Assembly (NCBI GenBank): GCA_963728205.1
Contig: CAVSIV010000002.1
Coordinates: forward strand, 224,001-288,000
Length of the DNA: 64,000 bases
Origin: an uncultured Chloroflexia bacterium
Lineage (GTDB): Bacteria; Chloroflexota; Dehalococcoidia; UBA2979
Direction: 5' to 3'
In this document: piece after piece, positions 45,701 to 54,803 of the stretch
How the letters are laid out: each line of letters starts with the position of its first letter
Position numbering within the stretch: the stretch's first letter is position 1
Notes under the pieces: model-generated
Database searches by the model: none
Told to the model about the DNA's origin: nothing
What the model saw: the letters and a program-made list of their open reading frames with translations, nothing else
Made by a program: the position numbers and the translations under genes

Positions 45701-47118
45701 CGGTGGCGCCGCAGGCGCTTGCGGGCGCCGGCGGCGGCGCGTTGATCGACGTCGCCATCGACACCGCGAAGGACGCGGTGATGGTGCACGGCGTGCCGGC
45801 GATCGTCGCGCGGTCCGCGGACGGCCGGATCGCGATCACCGTCCCGGTGGCGTCGCTGCCCACGAGCGGCACGCTGCGGATCGTGGCCGGCCCGGTCGCC
45901 CTGGAAGCCGCGCTCGCGCACCCGCAGCACCACCCGCTGCCCGGGCTGCTCTCGGTCGGCAACGAGACGTTCGAGCTCCAGTTGCTCGACGCGTCCGGCA
46001 CCGTGATCGACGTCTTCAACGCCGATATCGAGATCACCGTGCGGCTCGACCCGGCGACGGTCGACATGGACCGCGCGCAGGTGATGCACTGGGACCAGGC
46101 GGAGGGCTGGACGAAGGTTCCGACGGTCGCGCAGCCCGACGGCACGCTGACGTTCCGCACGACCCACTTCTCCCTGTATGCGGTGTTCGAGCTCCCCGCG
46201 AGCGCACGGGTGCTCCAGGGCGGCCTGAACTACGTGACGTTCGCGGGTGCGACCGGCACGCGGATCGATGAGTTCGCCGCGCAGCTCGCGCCGGACGTCG
46301 AGAGCATCTCGCGGTTCAACGCGGTGACGCAGCGGGTCGAGATCTACGTGCCCGGTGCGCCGGAAGCGGTCCAGACGCTCTCGCGCCTGAACACCCGCGA
46401 CGCGCTCGTGCTTCGCATCCGCGCGGGCGCCCAGGTCGTCTACCGGCCGACCGACGTCGTGCCGGGCCCGACCGGCGTGCGGACGCAGGTGCTGCTGCCC
46501 GGGCTGAACGCCGTGGCGGTGACCACCGCGCAGGCGACGACGCCGTACGAGCTCTTCTACTCGCTCGGGCGTGCCGTGCAATCGGTGTCCATGTACGACC
46601 GCGGCACCGCGAGGTGGATGACATGGATCCCGGGCGCGCCGGGCTACGTCAACACGCTCGCCCGCGTCGAGCCCTACGAGGTGGTCTGGCTGCACGTCGA
46701 CCCGCGGGCGGGCGGCGCGATGCTCGACATCGTCGAGAGCACCCAGGCCGGGGACACGGCAGCCGTCCTCGCGGCGGCCGACGCGGTGACGTACGCGATC
46801 CGCAGCGGCGAGGGCGGGCGGCTGCGGCTGCTCTCGTGCGACGGCGACGCGACGTGCACGCACGACGCGGTGCTCACGCAGGAGCGGGAGCGCGCGCGCC
46901 AGCAGCTGTCGGGCTGCGTGACCGCGGGCGGCACGTACGACGTGCTCGGGCGCGCGGTCACCTTCTCGTCCGACGGGCAGGCGGCGACCGTCCACGTCCG
47001 CCTGCGCGTCGCGGACGGGACCGAGAGCGGCCGGGTCGTGCAACAGGAGTGGCTCTTCCAGCGCACCGCGGCGGCGCAGTGGCGGCTGGCGAACGTTCCG
47101 GTCTGCCCGCTGCCGTGA
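42733..47118 (+). CDS. Large secreted surface protein C (1461 aa): 2x WGDNL domain, carboxypeptidase-regulatory-like Ig, Big_9-like, HFS domain, 2x IPGAP, Cys domain
   Basis: Intact ORF with signal peptide; internal duplication GNNL..WGDNL..YGY[SN]W; HPQHHP; RTTHFSLY; YVPGAP and WIPGAP; NVPVCPLP. Confidence 0.88.
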   Translation: MGRFRWQYGLIGVVALLCAMLITRASVAEETEGPGNNLSTPAIFAEGIGITGIPIAGSAVNTGLRNCVNNATGDWGTPLTSLTLPDGSPYPLPGAYYLQNLEVTDPGGGCWMADWVDGAALAPANVDRADWGDNLVRVGYTDAQGPVRVEVTLYDDSPVDGSGAALTGYPVEKLYPPATEEGGGQGNGSGSAVAAQQGPGAGQGAGGSGGSGGSGDGGGAGNGNGAGGPTGDTGGSGGTDGSGGSGGSGGTGGNGAGGGNGAGGPGGGGGGEPTTTPGAAPLEYYGTTGVRSVATTGTVYSNNARFRIDRLDWAGDEADSPRGQIPDTLDPAYAARVAETVVDQAAPSEVNQSGRIVYGYSWFGISEPGWYRVTFSLDAERGGVARNADILGLDPLDLVADESEGGTTDSGKKAYFPPTLAHGQDGVGYTYVDVYITAGTTDGGGGGDEGAGNNLGVPVVFAEGLGLTGVVVAGDPVNAGLRSCTDNAVGDWGAPVSQIALPDGSVYPLTSPYFLNGLEVADAGGACWMADFVDNAGGPPVPVDRADWGDNLVRVAHSDAQGPVHVEVTLYDDTPLDGGGAALTGYPMAKLYPPTSEEEDGKPADQGGERPYEVYGTAAVGGAGVRTAATSATVFSHNAQIRVDRLTWNMDEATAPTGSIPATLAPGYATWVAQTISNAPAAAETNQAGKVVYGYNWFSMPAAGWYRVTFSVDAMRDGVARNVDILGLDPPDLVADESEGGSTSSGKKAYYPPTLAHAADGSAYTYVDVYIAGDGATGQLTGSVTDALGVALSSLQVEVYDLDGAQVATLVTADDGTFSGALTDGSYKVKIVDPSGTFADAWYDGKASFATAQTVTVPSATGITARMNRIGSNDPPRATDDHFTVATGSVDNVLAVLANDVDPDGDDLVMASLATDTLQGSAAISADARSVRYSPPAGLTGTETFAYTASDGHGGESTASVTVTVTQLPSLPPTPPAPPSGGGAPGAPVPVAPQALAGAGGGALIDVAIDTAKDAVMVHGVPAIVARSADGRIAITVPVASLPTSGTLRIVAGPVALEAALAHPQHHPLPGLLSVGNETFELQLLDASGTVIDVFNADIEITVRLDPATVDMDRAQVMHWDQAEGWTKVPTVAQPDGTLTFRTTHFSLYAVFELPASARVLQGGLNYVTFAGATGTRIDEFAAQLAPDVESISRFNAVTQRVEIYVPGAPEAVQTLSRLNTRDALVLRIRAGAQVVYRPTDVVPGPTGVRTQVLLPGLNAVAVTTAQATTPYELFYSLGRAVQSVSMYDRGTARWMTWIPGAPGYVNTLARVEPYEVVWLHVDPRAGGAMLDIVESTQAGDTAAVLAAADAVTYAIRSGEGGRLRLLSCDGDATCTHDAVLTQERERARQQLSGCVTAGGTYDVLGRAVTFSSDGQAATVHVRLRVADGTESGRVVQQEWLFQRTAAAQWRLANVPVCPLP

Positions 47119-47128
47119 TGAGCGGGGC

Positions 47129-47165
47129 GCGGGGCGGCAGGCGGCTGCGCTGCCTGCCGCCCCGC
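47129..47165 (+). terminator. GC hairpin after surface protein C
   Basis: gcggggcggcaggc..gcctgccgccccgc, 14-bp stem, no U-tract. Confidence 0.5.
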
Positions 47166-47206
47166 AACCATGCGGCGCTCAGTGTCCGGAGAGGCCAGGG
47201 CACACG

Positions 47207-49459
47207 ATGGCGCACCACTGGAGTCCCCTGACCAGAGTCCTGGTCATGCTGGTCACGCTGTTCGGGGTGCTCGGCGCGGTCTTCTACGCGCCGGGCACGC
47301 TCCGTCTCGCCGGCGCGTCGCCGGGTGAGGGCTGGCGAGCGAGCGAGACGGCGACGTTCGTGACGGTGATGTGCGAGGGGCCGGACAAGATCCCCGGCAA
47401 CGCCGACGACCGCCCGCGGAACAACCCGGAGGCGGCCGGCACGGCGTCGTTCGTCTACGACGAGACGTCGGGCACGTGGACGATCTCCGGCGTGCTCACG
47501 ACGATCCGCGCCGGCAAGTACCGGCTGGTGCTGGCGAACACCGGTTCGGCCGACTCCGCCGTGTTGAGCGAGTTCGACGTGCCCGACGACGGCGATGACC
47601 ACGTCGACTGGCCGTACGAGATCACCGGCGTCGCCATCACGTCGCCCGACCAGTACAACGTCCTCCAGCTGATGCGGAACGGGCCGCCGTGGGGCGGCGG
47701 CGGCGCCTGCACCGGCGACCACGCCGGACAGGGCGGCAGCGGCGGCGGCTGCGGCGGCCACGAGACCGGCGGGGAAACCGGCGGTGACACCGGTGGCTGC
47801 GGCGGCGAGGAAGGCGGCGAAGAGGGCGGCGAGACCTGCGAAGGCGGGCACGAGCCAACGGCGACGCCTACCGCGGCGCCGACCGAGACGGCCACGCCGA
47901 CCGCGACCGAGACCGCGACGCCGACCGAGACGGCCACGCCGACCGCGACCGGGACCGCGACGCCGACCGAGACGGCCACGCCGAGCGCGACCGCGACGCC
48001 GACGGGAACGGCGACTGCGGGCGCGAGCCTCGCGTCCGGTGGACCGACCGGCTCGACCCAGCTCGCCGCCGGCACGGAGGACGAAGGCGAGGCCGGCTCG
48101 CAGTGGCGCTCCGAGATCGAGGCGCGGTTCTCGCTCTCGGACTTCGTCACGGTCACCGTGATCAAGCAGGCGTCCGCGAGCGGCGTTGCGGCGCCCTCCG
48201 CCGACACCGAGTACGCGCTGACGCTCTCCTGCTCCACCGAGCCGGAGCCGATTGCGATGCTCCTCAAGCCCGGCCAGTCGTCCGTCCAGCGCATCCACCG
48301 CGACGCGCTGTGCTCGTTGACGGAGGCCGACGCGATGGGCGCCACCGCCGTCTACGGCCTGGTGACCGACCAGGTGATGGCGACGAACCGCACGATCGTC
48401 GTGACGAACTACTTCCACGTCGAGGCGCCGCCCGAGCTGGTTGAGCCGGCGCCCGTGACGCCGCCGCCGGCGGAGAGCCTCGTCGTGCACGAGACGCTGC
48501 CCACCGCCGGCGCGCCCGGCGGGCGCCTGCACGCCGCGTCGTCGGATGGCTCCGTCGTGATCGAGGTTCCCGCGGCGGCCGTCGCCGGGCACGCGCAGGT
48601 GGACATCGCCGTCGACGACCCGGCGCTCGAGAGCGCGCTGCCGCACCCGTACCACCACCCGACGGGGAACCTGCTCGCGATCGGTGGCCGCGCGCTGGCG
48701 ATCAGCGTCAGCGATCCCGCGACCGGCGAGAGCATCACGCAGTTCGACCCGCCGGTGTCGTTCTCGATCCGCGTCGACCTGAACGACGTCGACCCGTCGT
48801 CGCTACGCGCGATGCGCTGGGATGACGTCACGCAGCACTGGATCGAGCTGCCGACGAGCGTGACGCCGGACGGCGTCGTGACCTTCACGACGTCGCACCT
48901 CAGCCTGTTCGGTCTCTTCCACCTGCCGACGCGCCACCTCGACCTGCAGGAGGGCTGGAACGTCCTCACGTTCACGGGGCCGAGCGGGACGCGCACGGCC
49001 GACCTGGCCGCCGAGATCGGCGGGGTGCTCGAGGAGATGTGGCGATACACGCCGGGCGTCGGCTGGCTCGCCGTCGGCTGGTGCCCGACGTCGGACATCC
49101 GGCTGGTGAAGGGCGACGTCGTCGCGGTGCGCGTCTACGAGCCCGAGACGCTCACCCTGACGTCGCTCGCCGACTCCAGCCCGTCCGAGCGTGCGACGAC
49201 GCTCCGCGCCGGGATCAACGCGCTCTCTGTGAGCGGTCAGCGCCCGGTCGACGTCTCCGAGCTGTTTGCGGCGATCGGACCGGCGATCGACACGGTTGCG
49301 CGGTACGACGCTGCGTCCGGGCGCTGGACGACGTGGATCCCCGGCGGTCCGGCGTGGGTGTCCAGCGCGTTCGTCGTGCAGCCGTACGACGTGGTGGCGA
49401 TTCGCGTCCGCTACGACGTGCGGGTGACGCTGCCGGACGTGCTGGTGGATCTGCGCTGA
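47207..49459 (+). CDS. Secreted/membrane-anchored surface protein D: unique N-domain, Cys/Gly/Glu linker, Pro-Thr repeats, Cys-bonded Ig-like domain, HLS domain, 2x IPGAP-type repeat
   Basis: N-terminal hydrophobic segment; HPYHHP; TTSHLSLF; GWNVLTFTG; WIPGGP. Confidence 0.82.
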   Translation: MAHHWSPLTRVLVMLVTLFGVLGAVFYAPGTLRLAGASPGEGWRASETATFVTVMCEGPDKIPGNADDRPRNNPEAAGTASFVYDETSGTWTISGVLTTIRAGKYRLVLANTGSADSAVLSEFDVPDDGDDHVDWPYEITGVAITSPDQYNVLQLMRNGPPWGGGGACTGDHAGQGGSGGGCGGHETGGETGGDTGGCGGEEGGEEGGETCEGGHEPTATPTAAPTETATPTATETATPTETATPTATGTATPTETATPSATATPTGTATAGASLASGGPTGSTQLAAGTEDEGEAGSQWRSEIEARFSLSDFVTVTVIKQASASGVAAPSADTEYALTLSCSTEPEPIAMLLKPGQSSVQRIHRDALCSLTEADAMGATAVYGLVTDQVMATNRTIVVTNYFHVEAPPELVEPAPVTPPPAESLVVHETLPTAGAPGGRLHAASSDGSVVIEVPAAAVAGHAQVDIAVDDPALESALPHPYHHPTGNLLAIGGRALAISVSDPATGESITQFDPPVSFSIRVDLNDVDPSSLRAMRWDDVTQHWIELPTSVTPDGVVTFTTSHLSLFGLFHLPTRHLDLQEGWNVLTFTGPSGTRTADLAAEIGGVLEEMWRYTPGVGWLAVGWCPTSDIRLVKGDVVAVRVYEPETLTLTSLADSSPSERATTLRAGINALSVSGQRPVDVSELFAAIGPAIDTVARYDAASGRWTTWIPGGPAWVSSAFVVQPYDVVAIRVRYDVRVTLPDVLVDLR
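47853..48018 (+). repeat. Coding Pro-Thr-Glu-Ala tandem repeats (PTETATPTAT)
   Basis: Repeated ccgaccgagacggccacgccgaccgcgacc units. Confidence 0.8.
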
Positions 49460-49559
49460 CCGGGCGCCCGGGGAGGGGCGCGCGGCTGACAGCGCGGCTG
49501 ACGCGGGCAGCGGCCGTGGCGTGGACGCAGAGCGCGTGGAGGCGGAGGCCCGCGCGCCG

Positions 49560-49690
49560 TCCGCGCGCGTCAGCGCGAGCGGCTGCGGGCACTGGTCGTG
49601 CACGCGCGGACCTGGTCGGCCTACTGCGCACGTTCAGCATCGCCATGTGCCCGGCGGTGAGCACCGTCGCGCGCCGCTCGCATCTGCTAC
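49560..49690 (-). pseudogene. Degenerate remnant of the 3' end of an MFS gene
   Basis: 49632-49657 matches 50812-50837 at 25/26 nt (encodes AGHMAMLN). Confidence 0.5.
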
Positions 49691-49790
49691 ACAGCCGCTG
49701 CTCCACGGACTAGGGTGCACGCACCGCGCCGCGACCGCCCGCGTCGCGCGTGGGCGAGCGCGCGCGTGACGCGCCGGAGGGGAGCGCAGC

Positions 49791-50606
49791 ATGACCGAGG
49801 TAATCCGCGCACACGTGATCGCCGGCGGCTTCCCGCCCGGCCAGCCCGCGGGGCACGATCACGACTACGCCCGGCTGCGCATCCTCGAGCAGCTCAAGGA
49901 GCGCGAGCACGTCCACGCCACCGTCGCCGGCGACTACACCGACATCGAGAAGTGGCTCCCGCAGTGCAAGCTGCTCGTCACCTACGTCGCGGGGCCGTTC
50001 GCGAACGACGAGCAGAACACCGTGCTCCGCCAGTGGGTGGAGGCCGGCGGCCGCTGGCTCGCGCTGCACGGCAGCAGCGGCGGCAAGGCCGCCCGCATGC
50101 CCGACTCGAACCGACGCACGATGGTGAAGATGCCGTACCACGAGACGCTCGGCGGCTTCTTCCTCAACCACCCGCCGATCCGCAAGTTCACGGTCGCCAT
50201 CGACGACCCGAAGCACCCGCTGACGAAGGGGCTGCCGGAGTCGTTCGAGACGATCGACGAGCCGTACATGGTCGAGCTGACGAAGCCGGATCAGACCGAG
50301 GTGGTGATGACGTCGGACTGGGGCGCGGTGCCCAGCGACACGGGCTTCTACTACGAGCGCGACACGTCCACGCTGCCCGGCGGCACGCGACGGGCGATCG
50401 CCTTCGTGCGGCGCATCAGCGAGGGCGCCGTCGCGTACACCACGCTCGGCCACAAGCACACGCCCACCACGAACTCGCAGCGAGTCGTGGACGAGAGCGT
50501 CTCGCCCGACCGCAAGCCGCCGCTGGACCTGATCGGCTCGTGGGGCACGGAAGGGTTCCGCACGCTGCTGCGCAACGGCATCGCGTGGGGGCTCGGGGAA
50601 GAGTAG
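49791..50606 (+). CDS. ThuA-like (class I GATase-fold) domain protein
   Basis: GHDHD, WVEAGGRWLALHG, LGGFFLNHP, HPLTKGLP..DEPY, YTTLGH. Confidence 0.85.
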   Translation: MTEVIRAHVIAGGFPPGQPAGHDHDYARLRILEQLKEREHVHATVAGDYTDIEKWLPQCKLLVTYVAGPFANDEQNTVLRQWVEAGGRWLALHGSSGGKAARMPDSNRRTMVKMPYHETLGGFFLNHPPIRKFTVAIDDPKHPLTKGLPESFETIDEPYMVELTKPDQTEVVMTSDWGAVPSDTGFYYERDTSTLPGGTRRAIAFVRRISEGAVAYTTLGHKHTPTTNSQRVVDESVSPDRKPPLDLIGSWGTEGFRTLLRNGIAWGLGEE

Positions 50607-50616
50607 GTCCGGGCCG

Positions 50617-51945
50617 CTACGACCCTCCGGAGGCCATGTCCGGCACGCCCTCGGCGAACGTGCGCAGGGCGCGGAACTCGCCGCGCCGCAGCACGTGCCG
50701 CAGCTCGGTGAGCGAGAGCGCGGCCGCGCCGAAGATCACGATCCACACGAGCCCCGGCACGATCAGCAGCGGCCGCACGCCGATGATGTCGGCCATGCGC
50801 CCGAACGCCAGGTTCAGCATCGCCATGTGACCGGCGGCCAGCATCATGTAGATCGACATCACGCGTCCGCGCATCTCGTCGGGGACGATGTCCTGGATCA
50901 GCGTCAGCGAGATCGCCATGTACGCGGCCTGCGTGCCGCCGGCCAGCGCGGCGCCGGCGACGGCGACGGCCGGCGTGGTCGCGAGCCCCATCACCAGCGT
51001 GCCGAGCCCGCTGCCCACCCCGGCGAGCGCCATCGCGCGGCCCTGGACGTGGCCGCGCCGCACCATCGACACCCACACCACCGCGACGATCGCTCCGGCG
51101 CCCACGCCCATCACGATCGCGCTGAACGTCCGGCTCCCGCCGCCGACCGTCGCCGCCAGTTGCGGCAGCATCGAGTCGAACGCCATCGTGAAGCCGCAGT
51201 GGAAGGCGATGCACCCGAGCACCACCACGAGCCGCATGTCGCGGCCGACGTGCACGAAGCCGCGGCCGACGTCGACGATGACCTCCCGCAGGGGATGGCT
51301 CGCGGCCGCAACGGACGTCCCCGCGGCTGCCGCGCGCGGCGTTGAGCGCAGCCGGATCCCCCACAGCGACGCCAGCGCGCCGGTCATTACCGCCGCCGAC
51401 AGCACGAAGACCGACCCGGCACCGAGCGTCGCGAGCAGCACGCCGCCGAGCAGCGGCCCGATCAGCCGCGACCCGTTCCGCGTCACGCCGTTGAGCGACA
51501 CCGCGTTGAGCAGCTGCTCGCGCGGCACCACGTTCGGCACCATCGACTGCAGCGCGGGCTGCGAGGTCGCGACCGAGATCCCGTCGACGGCGGCGAGCGC
51601 GACGATCTCCCACACCTGCACGATGCCGGCGAGCGTGAGGAACGCGAGCGTCGCCGCCGAGAGCAGCAGCAGCGCCGCACCGGCGAGCGCCATGCGGCGG
51701 CGGTCGATGCGGTCGGCGATCGCGCCGGCGAACGGTCCCACGATGATGAACTGCACCATCGACGCGAAGGTGACGACGCCGACCGCGAACGACGAGTCGG
51801 TGAGCGTGAAGACGAGCCACCCGCGTGCCAGCATCAGTGCCCAGCGCGAGACGGACGTGAAGAGGCCGGTGAGGAAGAGCAGGCGGAAGTCCGGCGACTC
51901 GAACGCCGGGGCCTTGCGGTAGAGGGAGGCGCGCGCGTCCAGCAT
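50617..51945 (-). CDS. MFS transporter (MFS_3-like)
   Basis: GAIADRIDRRR, QPALQSMVP, DEMRGRVMS. Confidence 0.9.
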   Translation of the reverse strand: MLDARASLYRKAPAFESPDFRLLFLTGLFTSVSRWALMLARGWLVFTLTDSSFAVGVVTFASMVQFIIVGPFAGAIADRIDRRRMALAGAALLLLSAATLAFLTLAGIVQVWEIVALAAVDGISVATSQPALQSMVPNVVPREQLLNAVSLNGVTRNGSRLIGPLLGGVLLATLGAGSVFVLSAAVMTGALASLWGIRLRSTPRAAAAGTSVAAASHPLREVIVDVGRGFVHVGRDMRLVVVLGCIAFHCGFTMAFDSMLPQLAATVGGGSRTFSAIVMGVGAGAIVAVVWVSMVRRGHVQGRAMALAGVGSGLGTLVMGLATTPAVAVAGAALAGGTQAAYMAISLTLIQDIVPDEMRGRVMSIYMMLAAGHMAMLNLAFGRMADIIGVRPLLIVPGLVWIVIFGAAALSLTELRHVLRRGEFRALRTFAEGVPDMASGGS

Positions 51946-51951
51946 CGCTGC

Positions 51952-51957
51952 ACTATA
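51952..51957 (-). promoter_or_regulatory. -10 box of a leaderless transcript
   Basis: TATAGT lies 6 nt upstream of the ATG at 51945, with no SD sequence. Confidence 0.5.
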
Positions 51958-52012
51958 GCGGCGACGCGCCCGCGCCGGCGCGCGGGGCGGGACGGGGCGC
52001 GGCGGGGCAGGA

Positions 52013-53122
52013 TTAGAGCCCGAACTCCTCCATGCGGACGGGACGTCGCTCCGCGATCGAGCGCTCGGCGGCCGCGCCGATGGCGACCGCGAGCAGCCCA
52101 TCCTCGAGTGTGACCGCCGGTGCCGTGCCGGCGCGAATGGCGTCGCGGAAGGCGACGTGCTCGTAGTACGTCGCTCCGTGGTGCGTGCCGGCCGCGAGCG
52201 CGGTCTCGTCGACCGGCACGGGAATGCGCTCGATGCGCGCCGCGTCGCGACGCACGTCGGGTGGGGTCGGCCGCACCCGCCGCCCGATGACGAGCACGGA
52301 CTCCGGCGTGCGCACCTCCACCTTGCCGTCGTCGCCCGTCGCGGCGATCTCGGTCTGGTTCTCGGACTGCTCGGCGAACATGCAGAGGTCGAGCATCGCC
52401 CGGGCGCCGCCGTCGAAGTCGACGATCACGTAGGCGTTGTCGAGGATGTCCGGCGCCTGGCCGCCGTACCGCTCGTCGCGGTGGTTCACGTCCTGCGCGC
52501 CCGACGCGTATACGCGGTCGACGCGGCCGCCCACGATCAGCCGCATCAGGTCGAAGAAATGGCAGCACTTTTCGACGAGCGTGCCGCCGGTGTTCCGCGA
52601 GAAGCGGTTCCAGTCGCCGACCTTGCGCAGGAACGGGAAGCGATGCTCGCGGATCGCGAGCATGCGCAGCGAACCGACGGCGCCGTCGCGCACCTCGTCG
52701 ACGAGCCGCGCCACCGGCGGCGCGTAGCGGTACTCCATGCCGACCCACGCGAGCGCGGGGCGGTCCTCGAGCATCGCGATCACCTCACGGCAGTCGTCGA
52801 CGGTGGTGCAGAGCGGCTTTTCGATCATGAGATGCGCGCGGCTCGTCGCCGCCAGGCGGAGGACGTCGCGGTGCGTGTGGTTGGGGGTGGCGATCACGAC
52901 GGCATCGAGGTCGTCGCGCGCGAACAGCGCAGCCGCGTCGGCATAGGCGTCGAGCCCGGGGCTCGTGGCGAGCGCCAGTTCGCGCGACGGGCCGTGGGGG
53001 TCGGCGATCGCGACGGCCTGCACGCCGTCGAGCACCGCGAGGTTCTGCAGGTGCTCGCGCCCCATCATGCCGGCGCCGACCACGCCGTAGCGGAGCGGGC
53101 GATCGGGGGTCGTGTGCTGCAC
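52013..53122 (-). CDS. Gfo/Idh/MocA-family oxidoreductase (inositol dehydrogenase-like)
   Basis: YGVVGAGMMG, ATPNHTH, IEKP, GGTLVEKCCHFFD. Confidence 0.9.
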   Translation of the reverse strand: MQHTTPDRPLRYGVVGAGMMGREHLQNLAVLDGVQAVAIADPHGPSRELALATSPGLDAYADAAALFARDDLDAVVIATPNHTHRDVLRLAATSRAHLMIEKPLCTTVDDCREVIAMLEDRPALAWVGMEYRYAPPVARLVDEVRDGAVGSLRMLAIREHRFPFLRKVGDWNRFSRNTGGTLVEKCCHFFDLMRLIVGGRVDRVYASGAQDVNHRDERYGGQAPDILDNAYVIVDFDGGARAMLDLCMFAEQSENQTEIAATGDDGKVEVRTPESVLVIGRRVRPTPPDVRRDAARIERIPVPVDETALAAGTHHGATYYEHVAFRDAIRAGTAPAVTLEDGLLAVAIGAAAERSIAERRPVRMEEFGL

Positions 53123-53504
53123 TCGGGGCCTCGCTTTGCCGGCGCGCCGCCGCCGGCAGAGCGGCCGGCGCGCGTTCCGCCGGGTGGCCGTCGTCGACCG
53201 CGCGCCGAGGATCGGCCGCAGCCCGGTGCGTGCCGCGCGCGGGCTCGTGTGCGACGAGGTGCTCGCCGGCGATCGTGCCCGGGTCGTGCGTGCGGCCGCT
53301 GCCGCTCGCTCCCGCGCGCACGCGGCGCGGGGGCAGCATCGTGCGGCCGGCCGTCCGAGTCTATCCGCGCTCGCACGATCTGCTCGACCCGCGGTCGAGG
53401 CGGCGCCCCGGCGGGGCACCGCGAGCGGCGCGCGCCACCGGGCCGGTGCGGCCACCTCGGGGCGCGGAGCGCTGCGTCACCGCGCGCGCCGCGGGGCCGC
53501 GACT

Positions 53505-53960
53505 TCAGGCCGCGCGACGGGCGGTACCCGTCTCCTCAGGGATGCGCACCATGAACACCGGGCACGGCGCGCTCATCAGCACCTTCATCGCCACGCTGCC
53601 GAGCGCGTACCGGCCGCGCGCGCCGAGCCCGTGGGTGCTCATCACGACGAGGTCGGCGCTGCGCTCGCCCGCGGTGTCGGCGATCGCGCTCGCGGCTTCG
53701 CCGAGGCGCACCTCGGTCGTCACCGCGGCGACGCCGTTCGCGCGCACGCGCGCCGCGTGCGCGTCGAGGTAACGCTCCGCGCGCTCGCGGCTCTGTTCGT
53801 CGAGCCGCTCCACGCGCGGCTCGCCGGGAACCTCTGGCCGCAGCACGACGGCGAGCAGCCGCACGGCGGCGCCTGTCGCCTTCGCGAGGTCGGTCGCGTA
53901 GCCGAGCGCGCGCTCGGAGTACTCGGAGCCGTCCAGGGGAACCAGGATCTGTCGGAACAC
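53505..53960 (-). CDS. Universal stress protein
   Basis: ILVPLDGS, DLVVMSTHG..LGSVA..PCPV. Confidence 0.92.
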   Translation of the reverse strand: MFRQILVPLDGSEYSERALGYATDLAKATGAAVRLLAVVLRPEVPGEPRVERLDEQSRERAERYLDAHAARVRANGVAAVTTEVRLGEAASAIADTAGERSADLVVMSTHGLGARGRYALGSVAMKVLMSAPCPVFMVRIPEETGTARRAA

Positions 53961-53995
53961 GTGTCACCACCCTTCGCTGTGGCGGGTGGGCCGGG

Positions 53996-54583
53996 TCAGG
54001 CGCAGATGAACGCCGCGTCGCGCACCCTGGCGCAGGCGCTCGCCGCGAGCGCGGCGGCGGTCTCGTCCGTCGTGCCCTGGCTGGGCGCCGCGGCCAGCCG
54101 CCGCAGCAACGACACCTCGACCGCCGTCAGCACCCCGGTCGCACTCTCCACCGTGCCCTGCCCGAACCGCCGGAGGAGGACGCTCGCCGCCCACGGGTCC
54201 AGGGCCACCCCGTCGTGAGCGACGCACTTGAGCAGCCCGTGCAGCTCCGCCGGCGGCAGGTCGGGCGGCAGGTACGCGGCCGCGCCGGCGACGATCAGGT
54301 CGATCAGCGTGTCCTCATCGCGGTCGGCCTCGAAGAGGATGACGTGGCTGCCCGGCGACCGGCCGCGCAGCGCGTGCGTGGCGTCCACCGGCGAGGCCCC
54401 CACGCGCTCCACGTCGACCGCGACCACGTCGTGGCCCGTCCGCTTCAGGGCGAAGAGCGCGTCGTACAGGTTCGACGCCGTGCTGACGACCTTCGTGTGG
54501 GCGGCAGCCTCGATCAGCCCGCGCAGCGTGTCGCCGTCGACCACCAGCACCCGCACGTCGCGCCCCGAGCGTAGTCGTCGCAT
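53996..54583 (-). CDS. Atypical NarL-like response regulator (degenerate receiver and HTH)
   Basis: VLVVD..DVVAVD..AGAAAYL..LDP..LTAVEVSLLRRLA follows the NarL layout. Confidence 0.65.
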   Translation of the reverse strand: MRRLRSGRDVRVLVVDGDTLRGLIEAAAHTKVVSTASNLYDALFALKRTGHDVVAVDVERVGASPVDATHALRGRSPGSHVILFEADRDEDTLIDLIVAGAAAYLPPDLPPAELHGLLKCVAHDGVALDPWAASVLLRRFGQGTVESATGVLTAVEVSLLRRLAAAPSQGTTDETAAALAASACARVRDAAFICA

Positions 54584-54803
54584 TGCGCTCCGCCTTCCAC
54601 CGCTCCACGCTGACCATGCGGCGCGCGGTCACGGTTGCGCAGGGGTGAACGTCAGGTGTTTCCCTGGGACTTTTTCAGGGGCGCGGGTACGGCGCGCTGA
54701 GGTGCTCCCCGCTACCGTGACGGGCAGCGCGTCGGCGCGACCGTGGCGCCGCGCGCCCAGCACTGCGCGGCGTCCGCCGCGGCCGGAGACCGGGAGCGAG
54801 TCG

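Noticed and set aside
53125-53500. Possible gene or ncRNA in the 380-bp gap between the Gfo and USP genes
   Set aside because: Only low-complexity GC-rich frames, with no recognisable motif or structure.
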